Below, one piece after another: positions 42,780 through 57,892 of a stretch of DNA of 64,000 bases. Source of the stretch: Eledone cirrhosa (lineage: Eukaryota); NCBI GenBank assembly GCA_964016885.1, contig OZ024746.1, positions 33,852,001-33,916,000 of the forward strand. Direction: 5' to 3'. The notes below the pieces were generated by a model, which was given only the letters and a program-made list of their open reading frames with translations, was not told where the DNA came from and made no database searches. A program made the position numbers and the translations under genes. Each line of letters begins with the position of its first letter. Within the stretch, counting starts at the first letter, position 1.

Positions 42780-43110
42780 GATGGCTGCCCCCTCATTATC
42801 TAGTATGGCCATTGCAAGATATACCATTATTAATAATAATTAATTAATTCTATCGTGCAATGCCTGTGCGTGAAGATATTGGTTAATGTGACGAAAGACT
42901 GTGCACTGAGCCAATCCCACTCTCTGAGCGGCAGTAGCTATAACCCGAAAAGAACAAAAGATCAACATCATCGGTACCTACTGAGCAGCAGTTATTATAT
43001 CGGAGTTATCCCAGTTTCCTGAGTTGCCTTCTCCTAGAAGAATGCCCTGAGAAAGGCTAGGGGTCCCTCACTCCCAGTGGTTTAACCGCGCGATTGGGTA
43101 TCTAGCCTGA
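42780..43110 (-). mobile_element. Short RTE-derived non-autonomous element
   Basis: Minus strand has tctaggagaaggcaactc (compare 59412) and a 3' end tggccatact..ggcagccat (compare 59746-59780). Confidence 0.5.
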
Positions 43111-43297
43111 CTATGTCTATGTCCTCGCGCATATACATACACATGCACCCACGCATATACACATATACACACACATGTACATGTGTATATACATATTTAC
43201 ACACTTTTGGATGGCCGTTGATCCTTATGAGTTCTTCCGCACTTAGTCATATACATATATGAGTGTGTGTATATGTATATATATATACACACACACA

Positions 43298-43356
<59 letters not shown>

Positions 43357-43359
<3 letters not shown>

Positions 43360-43480
43360 AAACACCTAGTTAAATGCAAAAACACCGACAAAACCATAAC
43401 AGTTAGGATAGAAACTAAGGAAAGAAAGCTCGGCAATCTTAGAATTAAGGAAGCACTAATTATAGACAAAACACAACGAC
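43357..43480 (+). mobile_element. C-terminal GIY-YIG fragment of a Penelope-like element
   Basis: KHLVKC..VRIETKER..LRIKEALIIDKTQ, between (AT)n tracts. Confidence 0.5.
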
Positions 43481-43566
43481 CATTCTATGTTCATACCTCC
43501 ATTGTTTTGGCTTTATTATACATATATACCTCATTACACGATGCTTCAAGTGAACTATAACCTCCT

Positions 43567-43605
<39 letters not shown>

Positions 43606-43643
43606 GTAAATAAGAAAATTATAGTAATTAACTCACTTTCTTT

Positions 43644-43720
<77 letters not shown>

Positions 43721-43739
43721 ATACTTTGGGAGGGTCATG

Positions 43740-44670
43740 TTGCCAATAAGAAACACACGCACCAGTTGTTTCACTTCAATTTATTATAATAAATTTATAA
43801 ATTTAGGAATTTATAAATTTCCGGTTGGTTGGTTGGTTCCACAACCGGATGGTTGTTTATATATTGTCAATGTTCTTTCGTCACACATTATGTGACCTCT
43901 TCAGTGACCGGGGTGCTTTTCTCTGTTTTTTGTGCCTCTCCTTTGTTCTGTCCTACGCCATCTTGTTTGTGTGTGTTGTGTGCTTAGTTTGCGCATGTGT
44001 TACATCCGAGTTTCTGTGTGTGTTTATATTCGTTTATTTATTTGTTTATTTACATGTTACTGGTTGGTTGTTTGTTCTATGTGCGTGTGTGTTTTCATTT
44101 TGTCCTTAATTGTAAGTTGTAATGTTGCTGTTCCACTCATGTTTTCTATTTAATTTTGGTTGTAATTCATTTATGTTTATTGCCTCTGTGATTTGTCTAA
44201 ACATTGCATCTTTTCTGTGTGTAGATTCTATTTTTATTTCTATGTTCTAATTTACCCTTATGTTCTATTTTAGCATGTTGGTAGAGTACAGATGATTCTT
44301 TACTATCTTGAAGTTCTCGCCAGTGTTCATTTATCCGTTCCCCTATACTACGAGCTGTCTCACCTATGTACACTATATTTTTATCTCTACATTGTCCTTC
44401 ATTACATCTTATGCTATAAACTACATTTCTAGTTTTACAGTTAATATGGGGGCTTAATTTACAGATTATACATTTCTTATATATACAGGGATGTCTTTGA
44501 AAGGGGTATGTCTTGCTAATAAGTGTTTTTATGGGGGTACCTGGTCTTTCTACTCTCTTAATATTGAGTTTATGTTTATCTAGAGCCCTTCTAAATTTGT
44601 AAGCTAATTCACCTCTAGGGGTTGTATCGATGAACATTACACTCTGGTATTTATTGCTATCAAACCATGA
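43740..44670 (-). mobile_element. 3' fragment of a Penelope/Neptune-like element (GIY-YIG + pLTR)
   Basis: CIIC..NCKTRNVVYSIRC..YIGETARSIGERINEH..LYQH. Degenerate hammerhead CTGAAGA-GGTCACA..TGTGAC-GAAA at ~43866-43908. Confidence 0.85.
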
Positions 44671-46682
44671 TATATATATATATATACGGGATATCAGGTT
44701 ATCGTTATAGGCAGTCCACATAGATGTAGTTCAGTTAGATTACTCCTTGTAGTGGATGGTGTTAACGTGTGGCCTAGTTTGACTCAACACGACGTTTCCA
44801 TAGTGATGCTGCGAGTTCGCGGTGATTTCTATGTAGTTTATACTGGGAGTAATAATAATTCAAGAAAGAAGAGTGACATGGTTTACTATACAATAAGGGC
44901 TTTATTCACATTGCTGACAATTGTTTCTTTGTCTGGTAGTTCTAGATTTCGCTAATCGCTTGATTTTGTGTCAATCGATCTCCAATACTTTGTTTATAAC
45001 CAGTCGTTTTCATAAGAGCACGCGAAAGTGAAGAAGATACACAAGGCATGGCTTTTATAGAGGAGTGGTATTAAACCAGAACAATAATATCAATAACAAA
45101 ATAACTAGATACTGAATAGTTAAAATAATAACATCAATATAAATAAGAAATAGAGTATAATGATGAATCTAGCATATTAAACGAACTGTAATGATACAGA
45201 TGGATAAAATTGACATGTGAAAACTGCTATAGGGTATATTAGATGTAGTGTTAATGTGGTGAAGAGATAACTGATAAAATGTACTTGGAGTCAGGATTTA
45301 TGAGGTATATGCGTTTGCTGTAGGTTTGAAGGCACGCTGGCAATAAACCGGAGATCTATTTATTGTTTGACAGATCAACATTTTCGTTGTATTAATTTAG
45401 TGAGAATGATAGCGTGCGAAGAAATATATAGTTTTTATGTGGTGTTACGTGGAGTTGTAGATTCGTTATTTAAGTGGCCTATTCTAAAAGTTGGAATTGT
45501 TAGTTCGAATCCAGGGGGTTTAGTTTTCACAACATCAATAACAAATAGTGTATAAATAAGACAATAATAACAACAATAATAGAGACTATAAAAGTAATAA
45601 AATAGTAAAATATGCATGGTAGATTGAGAGAACATGATGAATAATATTAGGGATACATTGAGATGATCATAATAATAATAAGAGGAAAATAAGATTTCAA
45701 GGAGTGTAGGAGTAATAAGATAATGTACTTAGAATTAATGTATCTGTTAGAGATCATGAGTGTTAATGTGAGATGCGTAGATATAATTGTTTGGTCCAAA
45801 GGAGTAAACAACAGCAAAGATGGGATAGATTTATGGGCTGATAAGATAGTCGTAGAATGCCCCATCCTAGTGGTATAGAATTAGGGAGGTTAGAAGGTGT
45901 TTATAGAATATTATGGTTCTGTAGTGAGCTGTGTGAGAATGTGGATTTAATATGTTAAATGCTAAGTGATTTTCCCTTAATATAGCGGATGCTGGTTCGA
46001 ATCACGGTGGGTTAAATCTCGTGAATTTTGTAGCAATCCTATGTCTGCAGAAAATTGACCTTTCTATGTTGCTGTTGAGTAGCATTTTATCGTTGCTTAG
46101 GATATGTAGAAATTCAAGGTTGCAGAGCCCGCAATGGGACATTCCGCTGATATAGGCCTTTAAGGACGAAAACCGTTATTACAATATTAGCTGGTCGAAA
46201 TTAGCGACCGCAAACGCCTATAGCAGCGGTATATGGATATTTTAATGTTCTCTCCTTCATAATTTGGCAACAGCTATTTTATTTATATTACTGCATCGAA
46301 AGGTATTGCTGTAAATAAGGGCGACGTTGGAAATGAATCATTATAGCGTATGAATGTTTGCGAATTCTACGAGAAGAATACCATATGATTCGGTTTCTGT
46401 GGTGCTTTGGCAGGCATGACAAACGCAGCAAATTCCAAATTCCAGAACAATTTTCTGTATGCCAAAGACACACTTTCAAATACCCAAATATTAATGCAAT
46501 GCCACAGAAATCCACTAGAACATCATGAACTTAAAATATAATATTTCTCCAACACTTCAATGCAAAAGTAACTCATAATGAAATTGTTAAAGCTTTAATA
46601 GACTCACTAAACCAAAACATTGTTCAGAGAAGCAACAACTGTGTTCAGAGACACAACGACTCTGAAACTCTGACGCTCAGTA

Positions 46683-47031
46683 GAGGTGAGCTAAGCCTTA
46701 TTTTTCCACCAGACAGAATACACAAATTATTGTTTCTACTTTTGGCACAAGGCCAGCAATATCCCAGTATACTACTGGTACTTTATTTTATAGACCCCGT
46801 AAGGATGAAAGGCAAAGTTAACCTCGGTGGGATTTCTTTATAATAATAATATTAATTTGTGTGTGGTGTGTTTATATATATGGCCGATCATTAGGTGATA
46901 CCTGCATCCTTACGGGGTCTATAAAATGAAGTACCAGTAGTACATTAGAATATTGCTGGCCTTGTGCCAAAAGTAGAAACAACTATTTGTGTAATCTGTC
47001 TGGTGGAAAACAATAAGGCTTATCTCGCCTC
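46683..47031. repeat. ~125-bp inverted repeat (46683-46807 / 46905-47031) including SINE 3' ends
   Basis: Arms are reverse complements and include both the SINE tail and ~45 bp of non-SINE flank. Confidence 0.85.
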
Positions 47032-50000
47032 TCAAATAATGAAACCAATTCTGCTATTATCAACAGTACAGTAAAATATATGATGACAGCCTTGTCAATA
47101 CAGCCAGTAACATCGCCACTTCCGAGAAAAGCAACCGTGCCTCCTATTAGAAATAAGGATGGAATTTCTATGAAATTATCAGCAAGTCTCAGAACGAAAA
47201 TTTCTATATATAATATAGTCGAAGTTTCTGACAATTTGAAGGTATTTCACCATAGGTCTCCTTAATTAAGACGTCAAACACCCAATAAAACCAGTGACTG
47301 CAGCAGCATCACCAACAGCATCGAAATATAATTCGTTGCCGTTGAATAATCATCTGTGCTAAATGTATATAAGAGTCCCTTCCTCAGTTAGTCAATATAT
47401 TATCTTTTAACAATATGAAGACCAGTAGTGTCAACAATTCCGGACAAATGGAAGTAAAATAGTCTTTCTTAAAAATGCGACAAGGAGGAAAAGAGTAAAC
47501 AGGTTGAGCATCATCTCATCCTTTTAGAAAAGTATGAAGTTCATTATCATTGAAATATACAATATCGTAATGATGGAACATTTTAAGATACTGCTGGAAG
47601 ATTTCTATTAACGGCAAAAGGCAGGTTCCGGAATTGATAGTGTTAAATAGAATTTATTTTCTGGAGTATTGAACACAATGGATCCTTATAGGATATAGAT
47701 CATTTCGTTTCAGAAGATATTCTGATAGAATTGAAAGGAAGGTAAATTTAGGTTTGATGGGTGCTCTAAGGAAGTCCATAAGTATTTATATATATATTTT
47801 TCTTTTATGTAAATCTCGACGTATCATTGTAAACCAATTTTATATTATTTTCGACAGGTGCACGGGACATCCTACTACATCAATAAATGAATATTGGTCG
47901 GGGATACAGTATTATGTTTTGGCCTCGGTCCACATTGAAAAATCTGTATTTCACTATTGTGCTTCCTTGAAGCAAAGAGTGTATTCAATGCGTATTGTGT
48001 ATTTTTTCATACATGGTAATTGTGTTTCAACGTGTTAGGTATGTTTATTTAAGTATTTAGTGACAGCATTTTATCCTACAAAAGAACTTGTGCTGTTTGT
48101 GTTTGATTGGTTGTGTTTGATTGGTTGCAGTGGCAAGCAGTCTTGTAAAGTGAATAGTTGACATTAAAGTATTGCTTCTCGATAATTTATGAGCACGTTC
48201 TATCTGTATTATTCGCTGGGTATTCTGTAACGCATGTGATGTACACGTTCTGACATATTGTTTCATAACATTTCGAGAATACTTCTGTAGGTTGAGTAAT
48301 TAAAGCATTGCATGCTGATAGTATGGATGATAACATATTGTTGATGTACACAACATTTACTGAATCAAAACTGACATGCCTAGGATGTTGGCCTAAATCT
48401 TGATGACGTGTACATTTCTTTCCTGTTTTATTCTATTTATTTTTCTCTCATAGAGTTACTATTTTTATATATCACGCTTTCCAATTCATACATTCCATCC
48501 TGGGTATACCAATTTCGAGATCCTTGCAATATGTCATAGCCTCGCGTCATTCTTTTCAGCGAGACTTTCTAAACAAAAGATCAATATATTTATCAGATTT
48601 TTTTTCATCCGTATTTGCCTTTTCATGTCGTATGATTTGACTGAATTATTGTCATTTCTGAAAATATGTATTACTAACTTGTTATTTTCTTTTGTATAAG
48701 GCATTTCATAAAAAAATCACAGGAAGACAAACATTTTGCTCAGGTGCTCATTTTTCTTTTAAAGTTATGCCCCATGTGCATATAAATTGCTAAAACAAAA
48801 ACATTCCGAAATATACATTGAAATACTTGATGGATGCAGTTGCACATCCAAGGTGTACATGATAAATATATCAGTCGGGAAAAGAATGAATCAAGAGAAG
48901 CAAAAGAACATTTGCAGAATCATATTATGCTTGAGTGATTGTCCCGAGCGGAAAAAATAAAACTAATGCTATACCCACTCAACAGTCGTCGAATAGGCTT
49001 GAACAAGAAGTACACAGATAATATCAATGACACTATAAGATTAGCCAACAACTCCCCTGACAATTTTATCAAGACGACCGTGGATGTACTACTAAACAGA
49101 ATATGAACTGATGCCCATATATACAGTTGTACGTTCTGCTAGACTTAACAGTGAGCTTTCTGTAAATTTCCCCCGTATCATCTTCAGAGTTTAGAACTTC
49201 GTACAGCGCGGAGTCTACTATAATAAAATGAGTGGAAGCTCCGGGTTGACCGATAATGCTTATATTTCTATACAATGAAGATTGGTTTGTGTACAGCAAT
49301 AACAAAACACCAACACTGTTCAGCGATTTGAAAGCTACATGATACACATTTCTCATTCTAAAATGATGAACAGGTGGGAAAATGATTAGCTTCTTCCAAA
49401 TTATCTCCGCTAAACACTTTCATTGAAGCTGTATACATATGTATAACGTGAGGTCAGCTTTGCAGAAGGTCTTCATCCCATTAATATATTTACTGAATCT
49501 ATGTACATATATTTATATATGCAATGATTCAAATTTAAAATTCACTTCTATATAGTTTACCTAAAGGTATGTAACTAGGAAACACTGACAAGACAAATAA
49601 TAATGCTGACTGACTAAAATAATTACTGTTTTAAACTCAGTTACATAAAAGATACGCTGCTGTCATTAGACATGAACCAACAATACTGTTAAAAACGAAA
49701 CATGTTAGTGAACTAGTTATTAAGTTAAAATGTGACACTGCAAAAAAATATATATCGAGTGAAATAATTACTTAAAAATAACAAATATATATGATACAAG
49801 ATACATATATTTAGTTGATATATATCATACATATTAACATTTGAACCCTATGCAAGACTTACGGTTGTAATCGACACCAACTATCCGGCGCACTGATGCT
49901 AAATGCATATGTTCTTTTGTAACACGTCAAGTTCCTGAGATGCAAAATATTCATTTATATGCTTATGTACCAACACATGCATTGAATTAGCGGCCACATT

Positions 50001-52180
50001 AGCTAATTTCTAATTTAGACGTCTATTTGGGCATATTTTGAACACCGATTCCCAGAAGGATTACCAGCTTTACGTTTTTAACCGTTACCTCTGGAATTTG
50101 AGGTTTGCTGCGTTTGTAAATCCGGATCGCTCATCTTGTGATGTGTGCCAAAGCACCACTCGAACATAGTCACAATTTATGATCAGCCAGTTGATTTAAA
50201 TATAATATGTAAGCGATAAGCGAATATTATATTACATACTAAGTCATTTCCACAAAAGGTAAATGCATTGGGCAAAAAAGTGTTTGGTTTAGATATTTAA
50301 GGAAATTGGATTGAGCTCAGTCACATTTCGTAGATGTTATGGATAACACGGCCTTCATTTTTTACTTTTCAAATATAATTTAGGCAACCTTTAAGCTCCC
50401 AAATTCACTGAGTTTCTAAAGGACATGATCCTCAATGTTTAGTAAGATTAATTATTACATGAGGGTCAAATTATTTTATCTATCTCCACCACCAGTTAGA
50501 TCAATTTCTAGAAAAAGTTCATGACCTATACATAGAGTAATAAGTATTTCATCAACATATCGAACCAGTGGAAGAACTGCACCAAGGAAAGATGGCTGAC
50601 AACAAGGGAGAGACATATATGTGAAGATACATGTATGTAGAATGACTGGAGGCTTCATATGGATTATGTATATTTCTAGGAAATTTACTATTGATTCTAA
50701 TGGAACAAACCTGAGGTTTTGATGTACAAGAAAATGATTTAGTAACATGAGGTTGTTTAAAAGCTCGTAATATAATAATATAATGAATAAGTTATATTTA
50801 TGGTAGCATTTCCTCCTAACCAATTAATCTGAACAACTAGGGCAATTCTGATTCCATTTTTATAATCAGATATTCACATATATCCAGAAAAAAACAAAAT
50901 GAAATGTGTGACTTTATCACCAAACGTGCAATGCCTAGAGACAAACTCTTGGTATATTTGAAGCCCGTGCGTCATATATACTCCAGGAACGTATCTAAGA
51001 TCATAGTTAGCGGGATAGATTTTGCTGACAAGCTTAATTAGTTTTGGCGCACACTACCTTCACAATATACATTGCAGACTCTAAAATGATGTTAATACAC
51101 AGATTGAATGCATAATCAATGAGCAGTGTCTACATATATATAATTATTTCTTGCGCTATCATCATTATATAGAGGAAGTATAACATATATATAATTACGG
51201 AGAACCCAACACAGCAACACTTGAAATACCAAGCTTAATGGTATAGATACAATAACAGTAAACAAATTAAGATTTATCAACAAGCAACATGAATACAAAC
51301 AAAAAAACTGGGGTATGTATCTTACGAACAGTACAATAAATAGGTGGAATATAACCGATTAAAGAAACACTCGTGTTTGATTTATAACCGTTTCGGCGAA
51401 GATGGAATGAGGAACATTACGGGATGTAACTTATTTGAATGGCCTTACCGCATTGTTCTTTTGATCTTGCTACTTTAATTTCTTCATCAATAATGCATAA
51501 ACTTCCATTAAACCAAAATCGAGCCATCGAGGGCACGTTTAATTGGATAGTTGTTCTGCGAGAAAGAATAGCGATACAACACATAGATTGTACTACAAAT
51601 ACAAAGAAACGAGAAAGAACATACTGGATAATGATGACGTAGATGAGAAAATGAACGAGAATGTGTCTCTGACAAGAACTCATTTTCTTTGTCTAACCAT
51701 ATGTTTATTTTGCATTGGTATAAAATCTAATCAAGGGAAACTCGTCTTTTTCACATTATTTTAAGAATTCCGGAATGTTCAGAGACTAAAAGTCTTGTTT
51801 AGAACATTAAAATATATTAGTAACGGTTCTAGACGCCATGGTATTTCGACAGAACGCGTAGAATCACTAAAATTCCATCGATTTGAAACTATATAAATAA
51901 CGGAAAACAAATATATTAGACTATCAACCGAGAACTTGATGACGAAGAAGTATGGGAGGAGAGGTAAGAGGTAGTTAGAAATACGAAAATATAGATGAAA
52001 GATTTATACTCTATATAATTGCTGAAAATGCTTAAATGTTATAAATACTGTTAGTTCCTACGGAAAAATACTTCTTCCAAAATTTCCATTTATTTACACA
52101 TGCACACAAACACGCACGCAAACAGATATCTTGCCACATACTCTCACACACACACATACATATATACACACATACATATC

Positions 52181-52298
<118 letters not shown>

Positions 52299-52381
52299 AA
52301 TATATATATGTATATATCATTCTCTCTATATGTTTATATATACAGACTCACACACATCTCTATCCCTCCCACTGACTCTCT

Positions 52382-52478
<97 letters not shown>

Positions 52479-53056
52479 AATAGATAAAGAGATTATATGT
52501 ATATAAGAACTCAGTAACATTCTCACTAAACACATATAGAAGATGAATAAGACAAACAATCAGTTTTATGTATTTTTACACAAAAACGTTCTTGATACAT
52601 TCCTGCGATTCTAAACAGCTGGGGATGAGAACTTAAATTATGGATTCATCTTATTCGCTTTCGAATGCACACCAGAATATTAAACTCAAGCTGACGTATT
52701 GTATGATATACAATAGATTGTATTATTATTTTTCATATAATTTACAATGCTGCACTTGTTACATGTTCGTTTTTTTTAGAATCATCCTATATATTGATTT
52801 TTTTAAACATGAAGCATATTGTATATTTTGAAACCATGGTATTATTTAACATACACTAGGTTACACAGAAGTGAATTTAAAATGAGTTCGAGAGGTCCAA
52901 ACTCATTTTAGCTGGGAGAGTCACTCACAGTATGACCAGCAATTTAGATTGTGCGCAAACATTTATGCGTACAATATGTGTAAAAGTTGGTACGTATGAA
53001 TGTGTGAATGTATGTACATATGTATACATACATATAACCATACTCAAACACATACG

Positions 53057-53136
<80 letters not shown>

Positions 53137-53154
53137 ATGTATATGCATATATGT

Positions 53155-53446
53155 GAAGGCGCATGGCTTAGTGGTTAGAACATTAGGCTTGCAATCGAAA
53201 GGTTGCGAGTTCAATTCTCGAGCCGGGTGATGTGTTGTTTCCTTGAGCAAGCCACTTTATTTCACGTTGCTCCACTTTACTCGCCTGAAAATGAGTACCA
53301 GCAAAAGCTGGTGGTTTAACCCTGCGATGGACTGGCGTCCTGTCCAGGGGGGAAAGTCTTTTACTTTCAGTCGCTTCACGCCATGAAACCGGGATAAACA
53401 CCGGCCAAATGAGCCTTCTGGCTCAAGACAGACTTTAGACTTTAGA
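53155..53446 (+). mobile_element. tRNA-derived SINE
   Basis: Pol III A box TGGCTTAGTGG, B box GAGTTCAATTC, body ccctgcgatggactggcgtcctgtccagg and (GACTTTA)n tail. Confidence 0.88.
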
Positions 53447-54714
53447 TATGTATATATACCGAGTTAAGTCAATATTTATTTTCGAATGGTCACTAAGGAT
53501 TTTTGCCATGTTGTATTATTTATTCTCTATAACTTGTTGTCCAATCATTGTTGAGTTTTTTTATATAAGTACAGAACACGGTGGACCAGTATTTCCTAAA
53601 TGAGGGGTCGTGAATGTTTTCCCTATTACTGTTAGATAATGTGAATGTTATTAAAAATAAAATCTTAAAATATATTTTTCTTATGTGAATAATTATTCTA
53701 GTATGAATTTGGTTTAATATCCTATCAAAATTATTGTAGAGGTTATTTTTTTTAAATACAGGTGTGTATTTCCAAGTCTTGTAAACGCGTATAAGCTTTC
53801 AGAGACACAACAGCCTTGGGAAATATCACATGACTAAATCTAATCACGTTTACACCTAAGATGATGTCAGTTCATGATGGAAGAAGGAACTTGCTCACAT
53901 TGAGGAATTGTTATTTTTAAATTAGTTGATGGGAAGATGTGTCACAATGGTTGTCAATACATTTTCTAATTAAGAGGAAGATACTTTATAGCGTGAATCT
54001 TTGGAAATGACCTCAATTATATGTGTCGGATCAATGTCGTTAAAGCATTTAATTCAAATGATGCCCACACTAAACTCCATAAACTAGGATTTCTATATGG
54101 TATATCTGAAAGCATTAAAATATTTCAAACTTTCGTGATAAGTCATCTATATTCGGTTGCAGATAAAGGATGTTCTGAACCATCGACAGAATTAAACCAT
54201 TCAAAAAAGTACAAATTCGCCCGTATTCCTGAGATACGTGCTTTTTTCCGGGCACCTTCATAAATAGAGAAAGCTAATGATAGAGAGAAATATATAGTGG
54301 TTTTGAGAGAGTCGATTGAAATTTCCTTTTACATTATATACATGTCTGTGTATATTGTAATTATTTAAAAAATATTTTAAAGTCAACATGATTAAACAAA
54401 TATATTTCTAAGTGACCCAACGGGCCAATGTTTGTTCTAGTTAATTTCTGTTTTATTTTGGTGCATTTTTCTGTATAAATGCATTTTGAAGCTAATATAG
54501 CGAATACGTGTATATATGCATTGGACCCGAACGAAGAAATGGATCCTGTCGTTTCTCTGAGTCTTCACACATCAAATAATTACAGCTTAACGTATCAGGT
54601 TTTTATTTGTTACGTCGATGGGAATAAATCTTAAATAGAATTACTACAATTTAGTTCAGGAACACTGACTTTTTACCACAAAAGACTTTGGTAATGCATG
54701 TTTTAATGGAATTC

Positions 54715-54754
<40 letters not shown>

Positions 54755-55267
54755 GCTGAGGGTAAGTATATTGCAGACAAAATATTTTTTCCTAGTTGTG
54801 GAAATTAAATCAATTTCTTGCTGTTATGTGAGATAGGTCAAGTAAGATAGACAACAGAACCAAACAATCTAAATAGAAAAATTAAAATCATTTGTAGAAA
54901 TCGATATTTTTTCAGTGGAATGTAAGACAGTAGGTGAAAAATTGTGTTTGGGGAGATGTCGATCACTAAAACATTGGATTATCGGCGTTATCTTTCCAAT
55001 ATATACGTATGATGTCACAAAGTCAATTCGAGCGCTATACAGACGTATCATTTAATCGTGCCATGTGAAAAAACATTTCGACAATTGTATTCTAAGCAAG
55101 TTACAAATCAATGATTGAATTGAAAATTGTATACTGTACATTTCCTAAATTTTGTTCAGAATGTGCTAAGCAACCGATCTATCTATCTATCTAGCTCTGC
55201 ATCTCTCTATCTCACTATATCTCTAACTACATGCCTCCTTACATTCCTACGTACGTATGTACCTACC

Positions 55268-55339
<72 letters not shown>

Positions 55340-55358
55340 TATATATATATATAAGTGA

Positions 55359-55448
<90 letters not shown>

Positions 55449-55750
55449 ACAAATTATAAAGCAAACGACACGGTACATTGAAGAAATATATTGGGTTAAC
55501 GCCTGAAATAGCAGGAAAGGGAGATTTACATTCCAGACACTAGTCCTTCATCAAAAGATAGAGCAGGTAATAGAAGATGAAATAGAATGATGAAGATTGA
55601 GACGTGGATGGAAAGGGGAAAATATTAGATAAAATGGTTGGAAAACGCATGTGAGAATTCAGCCGTTAATATATAGATATAACGGCGATGAATTTGTTTT
55701 GCGAGATTTTTGTTATGAAATCCTATGTCGAAACAAGTATAACAATATAT

Positions 55751-56041
<291 letters not shown>

Positions 56042-56347
56042 ATATATATACTAATAAATATATATAACTAATATATTGCTACATTTTCGCATATATATAA
56101 ATATGTAAATATGTACACACACACACATATATATATATAAAGAAAAAGAGATGAAATCGAAAATGCAACTGGAGTCTTATTTTTTTTTGAAATATATATA
56201 TTTATTTGGTTCCTTTACTGGTTTCGCAGTTCTTCTGCTTTTCAAAAGGTGAGTTGAGATGGAGGGTCTGTGGTTTTTCTCACATCAGGTTGGTCTCTGA
56301 ATGTAGGACACCTCGGTTATTTTTCATTTTGTAAAAAAAAACCTCAC

Positions 56348-56408
<61 letters not shown>

Positions 56409-56409
56409 C

Positions 56410-57789
56410 AAGGTAAAAAGCAAATAGCCTACTCAAGAGGAGAGAAAGGTGATTAGTGATGCAGATTACTAGACAGTATAGAGAAGGTTAGTATGCTCAA
56501 TGCATAGAGCTTGTTAGACTAGCGAGCCATGGGATTAGGTGGAAAGAGAGATAATTAAACAATCGTATAATAAGCAGAGCAACAAATCATATTTACAATG
56601 CTGGAGAGAACAACATATATGAATACATGTCTATATTTAATGGCTAACAAGTTGTTTCAAATATTGCACAGTAAGTGTAGACATTGATGTTGTGATATCG
56701 AATATCAATCGATATTAGTCCATTAAAGATAAATAAATGAATCATCTTCAGAGCCGAAAAAAAAAAATGTATAACATTAATTCATAAATTAAAGCATTTC
56801 ACAGAAGTGAGAAATCTACTTTAAATGTGGGATGTTGATAATAAAAGGATGGAATTGAAAAATCGTTTGAGCAGCCATTTTGTACTGGTTTGAAAATTAA
56901 CACTTAAATAACATTCAAAGGGAGATCATTAGTTAAAAGGGGAGATAGTTAAGTATAAGTGTTTAGTGAAATATTCTAAAAATTAGGAAAGGAATAACGT
57001 TAAAATGTTGAGTAAGCTATAGAGATACATTAAAAATAATTTTTTCATAATATTAGAGAAGATGAGTTGAAACTATAATCAGTTAATAATAAGGAGATGT
57101 AATAATAATTATTAGCAGGGGCTAGTTTGAGTTTAATTAACCTATATAGATTTTATGGGTAATCAAATTAAATTAAATTAAAGGTATAATGTCGAAGAAG
57201 TATATAGGTAATAGAGTGTAATGCAAGAAGAGGTTATATTGTGAATGAAAGTAAGAAAGAAGGAAATACTTAGATAAGGGAATATGCAATAGGTAGGTAA
57301 AGTATTATTTTAAAGGGGATACACAGAAATAAAAAAAAGATTGAAATAGGTTTAGGGATTGGAAGTATTACTACATATGTGATAAGGCATGGTAGGAACT
57401 GGAAATAGTTAGGTTTAGGAGGGATAGGGGAGGGAGCTATAACTAGAAAAGAGTTGTCTAAAATGTACAAAAATGTAAAATTTGTATAAGGAGAAAGGGA
57501 GAATTTATAAACAAAAATCAATAGGTAAGATAAGGGAAGGTGAGGTGAATAAGCAAATTAGGAGTAACTATGCGGGGTCGACAGGCCAGATAGCAAAAGA
57601 GTAAGTCAATCGGTGATGGCAATTAATAACTATTTCATTTCTATCATAAATTGGGCTTGCTTTACATGATGGAGTAATATCGATTGATATTCGATATCAT
57701 AACATTCTTACTGTACAATATTTGAAACACATTGTTAGCCATTAAATATATACATGTATTCATAAATCTTTGTTGTTCTCCCCAGCATT
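56410..57789 (-). mobile_element. Non-coding Penelope-like element with ~120-bp IRs (56597-56717 / 57675-57789) and tail
   Basis: IR arms visible, (AT)n on both sides and a hammerhead overlapping the left arm. Confidence 0.65.
56642..56755 (-). ncRNA. Hammerhead-like ribozyme with 86-nt stem II region
   Basis: GGCT-CTGAAGA-(86 nt)-GAAA-CAACTTG-TT-AGCC. Confidence 0.55.
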
Positions 57790-57796
57790 TTAAATA

Positions 57797-57892
<96 letters not shown>

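Noticed and set aside
46260-52000. Patches that look like decayed coding sequence (46300-46680, 49069-49356, 50480-50720, 51730-51900)
   Set aside because: Only faint resemblance to old LINE pieces, with no motif strong enough to call without a search
53155-53230. tRNA gene
   Set aside because: A/B boxes continue into a SINE body and tail, and a second diverged copy is at 42511
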